Positions 18,210 through 25,607 of a stretch of 41,863 nucleotides of DNA are shown here, piece by piece; position 1 is the first letter of the stretch; each line of letters opens with the position of its first letter. Position numbers and translations under genes: made by a program. The stretch lies in the UHGV virus genome UHGV-0159554, one strand, 5' to 3'. The notes under the pieces are model-generated. The model did no database searches. It had not been told where the DNA came from and was given only the letters and a program-made list of their open reading frames with translations. This DNA comes from a virus.

Positions 18210-19301
18210 ATGGCGAAGAAATTGTATACCGGGGTTGCCGGTGTAGCTCGCAAAGTTAAGAAAATGTACTTTGGGACGAACGGTGTGGCGCGAAAGATTA
18301 AAAAGGGATATATCGGAATTGGTGGGGTTGCAAGGCCCTTTTTCAGTGGCGGAGAAGTTGCGTATTACGGCTCTATAACATCATTGAGTGATGATAAAAT
18401 GGATCACGCAGGAACAACGGTCGGCAATTATGCATTGTTTGGCGGAGGGCAAGGCGGTAACGATAGAAATGTTGTAAATGCATATAACAGCGAACTGACA
18501 AGAAGCATACCAACCTCTTTGACTGGCGGTAGTTATTATATAAGTGCAACAACAGTTGGTAACTATGCTCTATTTGCCGGTGGCTATGAAAAAGTGTCTA
18601 ATGTAAACACTTATAACTCAGCTTTGACAAAGGGAACAGCTACTGCATTAAGTCAAGGAAGACATCAAATGGGTGCAACTACAATCGGTGATTATGCTAT
18701 TTTTGCAGGAGGTGGAAATTCGGGTCAAACAGGTAGTGTTAATACTGTGGATGCTTACAGTGCATCTCTGACCAGATCGACACCTTCCGCATTGAACAGT
18801 GCAAGAAGAAGAACAGCAGCTGCTACAACAGGCGATTATGCGATATTTGCGGGAGGAGCTTCGAACAGAAACAACGATCCAATGACAGATACGGATGCTT
18901 ATAACTTTGAGTTAACAAAAACAAATATTGCGAATATATCTGTTGCAAAAGATTATCACAAAGGTGTGAGTGTGGGGAATAGAGCTGTGTTTTTTGGTGG
19001 ATATCCTAATAATGAAATAATTGCCTACGATAGTTCTTTAACTCAATCTCTTGTGGGAAGTACTGGTGGAAACCAGTATTCTCGTGTTAGCTCCACAGCA
19101 ATCGAAGATATTGCAATCTTTGGCTTGATGAGTTGGAGTGGATTTATGAGTATTGATTCGTCGATGACATTGCGTAGCGTGTCTGGCCCCAGTTCAACCA
19201 GTACTGAACGAGGCGCAGCGGCATCAGTTGGTAATTACGCTTTGTTCGCTGGTGGATATAATCCTATTTCTAATGCAGTATATGCATTTATAGTAGCTTG
19301 A
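18210..19301 (+). CDS. Putative receptor-binding adhesin with Kelch-like beta-propeller repeats
   Basis: N-terminal triple GVARK repeat; recurring TTVGNYALFAGG...AYNSxLT units; AT-rich. Confidence 0.72.
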   Translation: MAKKLYTGVAGVARKVKKMYFGTNGVARKIKKGYIGIGGVARPFFSGGEVAYYGSITSLSDDKMDHAGTTVGNYALFGGGQGGNDRNVVNAYNSELTRSIPTSLTGGSYYISATTVGNYALFAGGYEKVSNVNTYNSALTKGTATALSQGRHQMGATTIGDYAIFAGGGNSGQTGSVNTVDAYSASLTRSTPSALNSARRRTAAATTGDYAIFAGGASNRNNDPMTDTDAYNFELTKTNIANISVAKDYHKGVSVGNRAVFFGGYPNNEIIAYDSSLTQSLVGSTGGNQYSRVSSTAIEDIAIFGLMSWSGFMSIDSSMTLRSVSGPSSTSTERGAAASVGNYALFAGGYNPISNAVYAFIVA

Positions 19302-19315
19302 AGAGAGGAAAAACA

Positions 19316-19660
19316 ATGAAAAGATATGCAATTTGGGATAAAGTCAGTCCAATTATTACACCTATTGGGGAAGTCCTTACACCGGAACAGTGGATTGAGC
19401 GATATCCGGTTGCTGGACTTGATTCGATTACTGTGGTATGCGCTGCTGGTGAAGTGAATGGAGCTTTTTTTGGAACACTCGGCCAGATGAAGCAGATGTA
19501 TGAAGTTGCTGGTGCAGATTTTTCTGCTTGTCAAACTGACGAGGATATTCTGGAGACGATTGAGGCGTTTGAGAATACACAGAACACTGTAACTGTTGAA
19601 CCCAGTGCAGAAGAACGGATCGCAGCGGCTCTGGAGTATCAGAACTTAATGAGTATGTGA
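19316..19660 (+). CDS. Hypothetical tail-associated protein (XkdW-position)
   Basis: RBS; ends PSAEERIAAALE; precedes XkdX-like gene. Confidence 0.7.
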   Translation: MKRYAIWDKVSPIITPIGEVLTPEQWIERYPVAGLDSITVVCAAGEVNGAFFGTLGQMKQMYEVAGADFSACQTDEDILETIEAFENTQNTVTVEPSAEERIAAALEYQNLMSM

Positions 19661-19675
19661 TGGGAGGACGAATTG

Positions 19676-19810
19676 ATGACTTACGAAACGATTAAGAAAA
19701 ATTTTGAGCGTAAGCTGTGGAATAAAAAAATGGTGGCTGTAGCGGTAGAAAAAGGCGTCATTACTCCTGAACAGTATAAAGAAATTACTGGAGAATGGTA
19801 TATAGCGTAG
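19676..19810 (+). CDS. XkdX family small protein
   Basis: MTYETIKKNFERKLWNKKMVAVAVEKGVITPEQYKEITGE; GGGAGG RBS. Confidence 0.85.
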   Translation: MTYETIKKNFERKLWNKKMVAVAVEKGVITPEQYKEITGEWYIA

Positions 19811-19885
19811 AATAAAAAAAGTACAAGGACACCACCCATGTGCTGGTGTATGTACACGGCCGCATCGTATTGTAAAGGAGGACCC

Positions 19886-20563
19886 ATGCAAAAACTGATC
19901 ATGCCGTTTCAAAGTCAAATGATGCTCTGTGGGTATAAAAACGCCCAGTACCGGAAGCACTGGGGATATGAGCACTATGGGGTGGATATCTCCACCATAC
20001 AGGGCGGGGCCGGAGAGGATCATACCATCTATGCGTCGGGCAACGGCACCGTAGTGGCTGCCGGGAGAGATACCAAGCTGGGATACGGCATTTGTATTCT
20101 GTACCGGGATGCCTGGACGCCGGACGGTTCCCGGGATCTGATCGCCCGGTATATGCACTGCCGGGAGATGTATGTCCAGCCGGGCCAGGCGGTGGAGCGG
20201 GGAGACCGAATCGCCCTGGAAGGGAAGGAGGGTACCGGGGATTACCATCTGCATCTCGAGTTTGACACCGACACCAATTATCCCCGATACACGCCTCAGG
20301 TGGCCAAGCGGCAGGATTTCTGGCTGAGAGGGACCGACACCACGGTCAATCCGTCCACGGTGTTGCACATCGGCCCCGGACAGGTCATCGTCGAACCTAC
20401 ATATAACCCGGCATGGCTGAACCCGGAGGACAGGGAGATCCCGGAACTGCCCGAGGACAAGCCCAAGGACCCGCCGCTGGACAGCGGCACCATCGGGATC
20501 CGGCAGCTGGCGGAGCTGCTGCGGGAGCAGTACAGCATCACAAACATTGATTTGAGCAAGTAG
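19886..20563 (+). CDS. M23-family peptidase endolysin
   Basis: HYGVD and HLH zinc-binding motifs; adjacent to holin. Confidence 0.88.
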   Translation: MQKLIMPFQSQMMLCGYKNAQYRKHWGYEHYGVDISTIQGGAGEDHTIYASGNGTVVAAGRDTKLGYGICILYRDAWTPDGSRDLIARYMHCREMYVQPGQAVERGDRIALEGKEGTGDYHLHLEFDTDTNYPRYTPQVAKRQDFWLRGTDTTVNPSTVLHIGPGQVIVEPTYNPAWLNPEDREIPELPEDKPKDPPLDSGTIGIRQLAELLREQYSITNIDLSK

Positions 20564-20575
20564 GGGAGGAGCAGG

Positions 20576-21061
20576 ATGGAAAACAATATCAACGGCGCAA
20601 AAGCTGCGCTTACAGCCGTCATCGGGGCATTTGGTGCCATATTTGGTTGGTATGGCTGGCTGGCGGTGCTCTTTGCGGCCGGCATGACCATTGACATCAT
20701 CACCGGTGTCATGGTGGCCAATCTGCACGGGGAGTGGCGATCCAGCATCATGCGGGAGGGGCTGGCCCACAAGGTGGGTTCCATCTTTGCGGTGCTGGTG
20801 GCTGTGCTGCTGGATGCGGCGCTGTCGCTGGTAGTGGGGAACCTCCCCGGAGTGCAGTTGCCGCCCTCGATCCCGGCCATACTGGGACCGCTGACGATGG
20901 TGTGGTACATCATTGCCGAGTTTGGTTCCATTATCGAAAACATTGGCCTGATGGGCGTGCCGGTCCCGGGCTTTCTGCAGAAAGCAATCAAGGTGCTCAA
21001 CAACGCCGTGGACGCCGCCGGTGATGCGGCAAGCGGTGGGGAAGAGAATTCGGAGGAATAG
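20576..21061 (+). CDS. Phage holin (holin_4 type)
   Basis: Hydrophobic helices, DIITG, EFGSIIEN..MGVPVP motifs. Confidence 0.9.
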   Translation: MENNINGAKAALTAVIGAFGAIFGWYGWLAVLFAAGMTIDIITGVMVANLHGEWRSSIMREGLAHKVGSIFAVLVAVLLDAALSLVVGNLPGVQLPPSIPAILGPLTMVWYIIAEFGSIIENIGLMGVPVPGFLQKAIKVLNNAVDAAGDAASGGEENSEE

Positions 21062-21068
21062 AGACAGA

Positions 21069-21096
21069 AAAAGGGCCCCTAATCCGGGGCCCTTTT
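21069..21096 (+). terminator. Late operon terminator
   Basis: AAAAGGGCCCC-taatcc-GGGGCCCTTTT. Confidence 0.85.
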
Positions 21097-21100
21097 GAAT

Positions 21101-21223
21101 TTGATTTTTGATATTGAATTTGTTATAATAATTTCAACAGGATCCCCCACACCTCTTCGCAATGTGTCCCAGTGGAGAACGGTTCGTCCTCCGGTGACCT
21201 TCGGGCCCGGGGGCTTTTATTTT
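21101..21223 (+). ncRNA. Orphan small RNA unit (promoter, ~85-nt transcript, terminator)
   Basis: TTGATT-17-TATAAT with TG extension at 21101-21129; no credible ORF; hairpin with C(UUCG)G loop and T-tract at ~21187-21223. Confidence 0.55.
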
Positions 21224-21224
21224 G

Positions 21225-21345
21225 TTGACATATCGCCCTGAATGGGTGTATACTATAAATATAAAGGGCGTTGCCGGTAACGGTTATCCCCTGTTAGCTA
21301 CTTAAAAAGTAACCGCAATCTGGGGAGATGGGCGGTTACTTTTTT
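21225..21345 (+). ncRNA. Putative type I antitoxin RNA with its promoter
   Basis: TTGACA-18-TATACT at 21225-21254; ends in AAAAAGTAACCGC...GCGGTTACTTTTT hairpin overlapping the 3' end of the toxin ORF. Confidence 0.6.
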
Positions 21346-21398
21346 ATTGCGATGATGGTATACAACACGATGATCAAAACCAAGGTTATGTACTCCAC
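21336..21398 (-). CDS. 20-aa hydrophobic peptide MEYITLVLIIVLYTIIAIKK; putative type I toxin
   Basis: AGGAGG RBS, GTG start, one TM helix plus KK; own promoter TTGCCA-17-TATAGT at 21519-21491. Confidence 0.7.
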   Translation of the reverse strand: MEYITLVLIIVLYTIIAIKK

Positions 21399-21622
21399 TG
21401 CATCACCCCTCCTGGATAGAAGGGGTAAAAGCATCCCCCCTTCAAATATGAAAGGGGATAACCGCCTGCCGTATGGCAACGCCTGTTTATACTATACCAC
21501 ATTTGCCGAGTTGTGGCAATAAAAAGTAAATACTGACCTTTTCCGGGCAGCTCAGATATGGGAGATCAGTCGGGTATTGTTCGATGATCTCGCCGCTCAT
21601 AATGCACGGCCGGTTCGTCTTT

Positions 21623-21832
21623 TTAAAAAATGGGCACGATTTCGAGATGGCAGTCAAGGGCAGCGACAATTTTTAACAGGGTATCGAGCTGCGGAGTGGC
21701 TTTCTTGCTCTCCAAACGGGCAATGACTGACTGTGTCAGGCATGCAGCCTGGGCCAGGTCTTTCTGTGTCATTCCCTTATTCTTCCGAATCGCAATCAGG
21801 CGATCGATCAGAGAGATGCAGGGATCAGGCAT
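21623..21832 (-). CDS. XRE-family HTH regulator
   Basis: RKNKGMTQKDLA...IARLES...P.LDTL; GGAGG RBS. Confidence 0.85.
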   Translation of the reverse strand: MPDPCISLIDRLIAIRKNKGMTQKDLAQAACLTQSVIARLESKKATPQLDTLLKIVAALDCHLEIVPIF

Positions 21833-22193
21833 CGTAAGCACCTCCCGGAACAGGAACACTGTCAACATAGCAGCTGTCAGGGGACAGATCCACCTTATTG
21901 TTCCAGACAACATTGCTGTCAACAGTGGGGTCAATATCCCAGGCGACGCAGTTTTCATTGTCCAGGTATACCCGTTTGAAGTTATCATACTGAATGAACG
22001 GAGCAAATACAGTGTTGGGTTGTAGCAGGGGTTTGCAGTCGTAGATCCTCCGCTCCCCATTGTCAAAATCCAATGTTAAAGTAAAATCTTTATTCGGAGT
22101 TACGGCCGTGATGCGCTTGCGCCCGGCAGCAAAATACTCCGCCATCGGTCTGTCAAATCCTTTTGAAAGGTAAAAGTGAACATCTCTTTCCAA
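21825..22193 (-). CDS. DUF2442 family protein (putative antitoxin)
   Basis: VTPNKDFTLTLDFDNGERRIYD, VAW, DLSPD motifs. Confidence 0.8.
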   Translation of the reverse strand: MERDVHFYLSKGFDRPMAEYFAAGRKRITAVTPNKDFTLTLDFDNGERRIYDCKPLLQPNTVFAPFIQYDNFKRVYLDNENCVAWDIDPTVDSNVVWNNKVDLSPDSCYVDSVPVPGGAYDA

Positions 22194-22230
22194 GTCGTGA
22201 ACCTCCTTATATAATATGCCAAAAGGCCGC

Positions 22231-22500
22231 TTATTTCAGCGGCTCGATGGCGAAAAGCTCTTGTTTTTTCTCGGCAAGAGCCCAGTTTTCCAGAAGCTCC
22301 TCCTGATGGAATGCAGCCCACCCCAACAGCATTTTTAACTGTTTGCTTGGCATTGACCCTACCAGGACTTCAAGCTCCCGGATGGAAACGATCACTTCAT
22401 CTCCACCGTAGGTGGCATGGAAGTGGGGCGGCTGATGATCCCGCCAGTTGATAAAAACTTTGATCCCGCGGAACATACAGATTGTCGGCACTTTTTCCAT
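22231..22500 (-). CDS. DUF4160 family protein (putative type II toxin)
   Basis: PTICMFRGI, DHQPPHFHA, WAxxHQEELLENW motifs. Confidence 0.88.
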   Translation of the reverse strand: MEKVPTICMFRGIKVFINWRDHQPPHFHATYGGDEVIVSIRELEVLVGSMPSKQLKMLLGWAAFHQEELLENWALAEKKQELFAIEPLK

Positions 22501-22517
22501 CTCCTTTCTATGTTTAT

Positions 22518-22561
22518 ATTATAGCAAATACGCTATAATAAATCAATAGCGAATTCGCTAT
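22518..22561 (-). promoter_or_regulatory. Promoter with two palindromic operators upstream of DUF4160
   Basis: TTGATT-17-TATAAT on minus strand; ATAGCAAATACGCTAT (22521-22536) and perfect ATAGCGAATTCGCTAT (22546-22561). Confidence 0.75.
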
Positions 22562-22818
22562 AAAATAAGATCGGTTTTCCAACCTTGCGGAACAGACATT
22601 TCATACAGTTCATGTGGGGCGATGTCCTGCCCATCAGCCCACTCGACTGTCCGTCCGGCGGGACGCACGGCAGCAAAGTAGGCAGGATCGGCCAGCTTGC
22701 CATACCAGTCACCAAGGATATATGGTGTGACATCAAATATCTTCACTTCGCCGGTGTCAAAGTGGATTTTCAGGCGATTTTGTTCCATTGGCGTGACCTC
22801 TAAAACCGTTGGGTTCAT
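22558..22818 (-). CDS. Second DUF2442 family protein
   Basis: LKIHFDTGEVKIFDV, TVEWADGQDIAPHELY. Confidence 0.82.
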   Translation of the reverse strand: MNPTVLEVTPMEQNRLKIHFDTGEVKIFDVTPYILGDWYGKLADPAYFAAVRPAGRTVEWADGQDIAPHELYEMSVPQGWKTDLIL

Positions 22819-22841
22819 CTTTCCTCCCTTATTCCGCATGG

Positions 22842-23075
22842 CTACGCCGCTTTTTCCGGGTAGTTGACTACGGCGATCTCGGCCGGCATTTCTTTTACCC
22901 TGGTGACGATGGTTTCCAGCACGGCGGCCACCTCGTCGGTGTACGCCTTTTCATCGCACTGCTCACAGATAAGGGTGGGGACATTCTTGACGATCACGAT
23001 ACAATCGCCGAAGTCCGCCATATATGAAGTATGCCGCAGCACTATATCGCCCCTACACACAAAGCATTCTGTCAT
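22842..23075 (-). CDS. YgiT/MqsA-type zinc-finger protein
   Basis: CFVC, VKNVP..ICEQCDE motifs. Confidence 0.85.
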   Translation of the reverse strand: MTECFVCRGDIVLRHTSYMADFGDCIVIVKNVPTLICEQCDEKAYTDEVAAVLETIVTRVKEMPAEIAVVNYPEKAA

Positions 23076-23076
23076 G

Positions 23077-23253
23077 TTATTTCTTTTTTTCACTGTATTC
23101 CTCGATGAACTGATTGATGATCGAATGGATGGATTGGCCGTTTTCTTCGGCCCTTTGTGCGAATGCAGCGTATTTTTCCGGGTCCACCCAGACCCGCAGC
23201 TGCTTGCGCTTTTTCAGGTATTCCTTTTGTGCGCTGTATTTATCTTCCGTCAT
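23077..23253 (-). CDS. 58-aa ribbon-helix-helix-like protein
   Basis: MTEDKYSAQKEYLKKRKQLRVWVDPEKYAAF...GQSIHSIINQFIEEY; AAGGAG RBS. Confidence 0.7.
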   Translation of the reverse strand: MTEDKYSAQKEYLKKRKQLRVWVDPEKYAAFAQRAEENGQSIHSIINQFIEEYSEKKK

Positions 23254-23425
23254 GTTTGCGCTCCTTTCGGATCCTGTTCAGCGACAAGCCGATGCTGATG
23301 AGAGCCAGCACGATGCTGACCAGGCAGAGTATAATTGCAAGATTTTTCATAGTTGAACTGGATACTTTGGAGCACAGGGCTGATCTTCGTTTCAGACGCA
23401 GCCGTATGGCCTTTTTCCGATCCAC
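23240..23425 (-). CDS. Small single-TM membrane protein
   Basis: GGAGGTG RBS; LAIILCLVSIVLALISIGL segment. Confidence 0.5.
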   Translation of the reverse strand: MDRKKAIRLRLKRRSALCSKVSSSTMKNLAIILCLVSIVLALISIGLSLNRIRKERKHDGR

Positions 23426-23444
23426 TGCTCACCTCCATGGCTTT

Positions 23445-23473
23445 ATTATATAATATAGTGCACTATATGTCAA
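23445..23473 (-). promoter_or_regulatory. Consensus sigma-A promoter with palindromic operator in the spacer
   Basis: TTGACA-17-TATAAT; ATATAGTGCACTATAT at 23453-23468. Confidence 0.85.
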
Positions 23474-23660
23474 TGTAGTTGTAAAATTTAAGAGATGTTA
23501 TGTATATTTGTTTTCACTAAAGTGTATAAAGTAGAGTATTAATAGTTTTACAGTATATTTGCTTTTCACTAAAATATCATTCTTAAAACACAAACAAGTT
23601 GATTTGTCAAGTCTTATTATGATATTATCATAATAACATATAATAAGATGGGGGAGCAGA

Positions 23661-24092
23661 GTGTTAGATTTAGAACAGCTTAAGAAAAAATTTCCGGCGA
23701 ATTTTCCAACTCATCTTTTACCACCGGAGGCAAAAGAGGAAAGCATAGTTGTATATAGAATCTGCAAATCGGGTCAAGTAGACGAAGAGTCTTTTTTACC
23801 ATCTTATTTGGAAATAGGAAGAACAAAGGATTTTGATGAAAAGGATATAGGGGAATATTCACTTTCTGCGTATGAGAAAATTGAAGATGCGGAAAAGCGG
23901 TGTGCCTTTTTTGGTAACTATCACCCAGAAGCAATCATAGCAGTTGGTACTACAGATCCATCTTGTGGGTTGTCTCAGAGAACCAGAGAGCGCAAAAAAA
24001 TGAAGAGAGGTAAAAGCCATGTGGATTGGTGGATATATGAAAATGCAAAACCGCATCAGTTCTTCAAAAAGTATGAGGAGGGAGATGATTAG
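23661..24092 (+). CDS. Putative ADP-ribosyltransferase-fold toxin (CmdT-like)
   Basis: VYR, SLSxY and HVDWW motifs; first of three coupled AT-rich genes. Confidence 0.65.
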   Translation: MLDLEQLKKKFPANFPTHLLPPEAKEESIVVYRICKSGQVDEESFLPSYLEIGRTKDFDEKDIGEYSLSAYEKIEDAEKRCAFFGNYHPEAIIAVGTTDPSCGLSQRTRERKKMKRGKSHVDWWIYENAKPHQFFKKYEEGDD

Positions 24093-24094
24093 AT

Positions 24095-24778
24095 ATGAAA
24101 ACAGCAAGTCCATACTTTAAGAGTGTTCCGCAATATGGCGATTTGTTTTTAGATGAAATTGTTGTAGATTATATCTATCCACTTCTTTCAATTTTGAAAG
24201 ATCGAAATGGCAGGCGTTTTCTGTGTGTTTGTTTTGATATTAGGGGGCAGCAACAATGGATAGTGACGCCAGTTTCAATTAATGATTTGAAAAAGATGCT
24301 GACTAATAAAATTACAATGGCAGCTCCTTTTCAAGACGAAAAAACAAAAAAGGTTCATGTAGTTCGGAATTATGAAACACTGGAAGAAAAATATTTTTTG
24401 AAATCCGCTTCAGAAGTTCCCGAGAAATATTTACCCCGCATAGGTGAATTTCTTGATGCGGAAGAGGATGAATGGGAAGATTATATCAAAGATTCTTTAG
24501 ATTTGGATCTTCTAAATAAAACTGATTCTGAAGGCTATGATGTGCATGAAGATGAAATAGGTAATAACATCTATTATTCTTTGAACACAAAGCTACTCAA
24601 TTCTTTAATAGAAAAAGCAGACACATTTAATAGGTTCAAATATTCATCACAGGAAGATCGTATATGCACTCCTGTTTATTTTGGGAGCAGACAAATTAAA
24701 GTTCAGTTTTGTGACAAAGTAGATTATGATGAAACAATATATAATAAAATGCGTTTTGAAAAGGGATGTGTAGTATGA
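24095..24778 (+). CDS. Putative antitoxin (DUF6575/CmdA-like) with C-terminal extension
   Basis: DYIYPLL, WIVTPVS, YLPRIGEFL motifs; about 90 extra residues that may be a chaperone-addiction tail. Confidence 0.6.
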   Translation: MKTASPYFKSVPQYGDLFLDEIVVDYIYPLLSILKDRNGRRFLCVCFDIRGQQQWIVTPVSINDLKKMLTNKITMAAPFQDEKTKKVHVVRNYETLEEKYFLKSASEVPEKYLPRIGEFLDAEEDEWEDYIKDSLDLDLLNKTDSEGYDVHEDEIGNNIYYSLNTKLLNSLIEKADTFNRFKYSSQEDRICTPVYFGSRQIKVQFCDKVDYDETIYNKMRFEKGCVV

Positions 24779-25155
24779 TAAATGAGAACAAACTTAATCT
24801 GACGGGGTATCGCATATCAAAAGTTGAAATGGACTTTGAAGGAGTACCAGAAGGTAATCACCAGATTCAGTTAAATACTATGTTTAATGTTTTGACTCCA
24901 CAAGAAGAAAGCAATCGAAATTGCATCGTTATTGTTCGTTCAGAGTTTTATCAGGAAAACAATAAGAAAATTCTTTCTGCTACGATCCGTGCAACAGTAG
25001 AAGCCTCTGAGAGAAGTGATGATATTGCAGATCGTATTAGAGAAGAGATGGTGCCAACAATATATGGCCATCTTAGAGATTTTATCAGTGCGTTATTGAA
25101 AGAAGCACATATTGAGTTTATTGGATTGCCTCAATATGATGATCTCAAGGCGTAA
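24775..25155 (+). CDS. SecB-like chaperone (CmdC-like)
   Basis: Four predicted beta strands then PTIYGHLRDFISALLKEAHIEFIGLP, matching the SecB C-terminal helix pattern; ATGA overlap. Confidence 0.68.
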   Translation: MINENKLNLTGYRISKVEMDFEGVPEGNHQIQLNTMFNVLTPQEESNRNCIVIVRSEFYQENNKKILSATIRATVEASERSDDIADRIREEMVPTIYGHLRDFISALLKEAHIEFIGLPQYDDLKA

Positions 25156-25175
25156 AATAGGTGTTTTGTATACTT

Positions 25176-25217
25176 AAACGGGAGCCCGCAGCCATTTTTA
25201 GCTGCGGGCTCCTGTTT
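25176..25217. terminator. Bidirectional terminator
   Basis: AAACGGGAGCCCGCAGC / GCTGCGGGCTCCTGTTT stem between convergent genes. Confidence 0.85.
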
Positions 25218-25219
25218 GG

Positions 25220-25450
25220 TTATTTGCTGGACATCGGCAGGGACAGATACTCACGGAATTCTTCCAGGTCAAGTCCCAGGAAGAGGATCAGCCGGAGCAT
25301 TACCAGTGCCCCGGGTGTGCGTGTGCCCTGTTCGATGTATTGGTACCACCGCGGGGAGATCCCCACGGCTTCGGCGGTCTGTGCCTGCGTATATCCATGC
25401 CGTGTTCTGGCCTGGTAGATACGCAGGGAAAAGAGAAACTGAAACGACAT
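25220..25450 (-). CDS. XRE-family HTH protein beside attP
   Basis: RTRHGYTQAQTAEAVGISPRWYQYIEQG..TP. Confidence 0.85.
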   Translation of the reverse strand: MSFQFLFSLRIYQARTRHGYTQAQTAEAVGISPRWYQYIEQGTRTPGALVMLRLILFLGLDLEEFREYLSLPMSSK

Positions 25451-25547
25451 CGCTTATTCTCCCATAGGCGGGAGCGGATGCCTGTGCCCGCTCATCGGCA
25501 CCGGTGCAGAGGGTTGGAGTTCAGTGGAATACTTGGGGAAAAGTGAA

Positions 25548-25591
25548 AATATAGTTAATCGTACTTATTCATAAGTCCGATTTACTATATT
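25548..25591. other. Putative attP site
   Basis: 21-bp inverted arms (19/21 matched) around a central TC dinucleotide, 16 bp beyond the integrase stop. Confidence 0.75.
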
Positions 25592-25607
25592 ACATTCCCC
25601 AAAAAAA

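Noticed and set aside
18210..19301. Possible diversity-generating retroelement target
   Set aside because: No reverse transcriptase gene and no near-identical template repeat differing at adenines was seen; the repeats are degenerate propeller blades
21328..21522. Plus-strand 64-aa ORF from the ORF track
   Set aside because: Starts inside a terminator hairpin; the minus-strand peptide has much better RBS and promoter support
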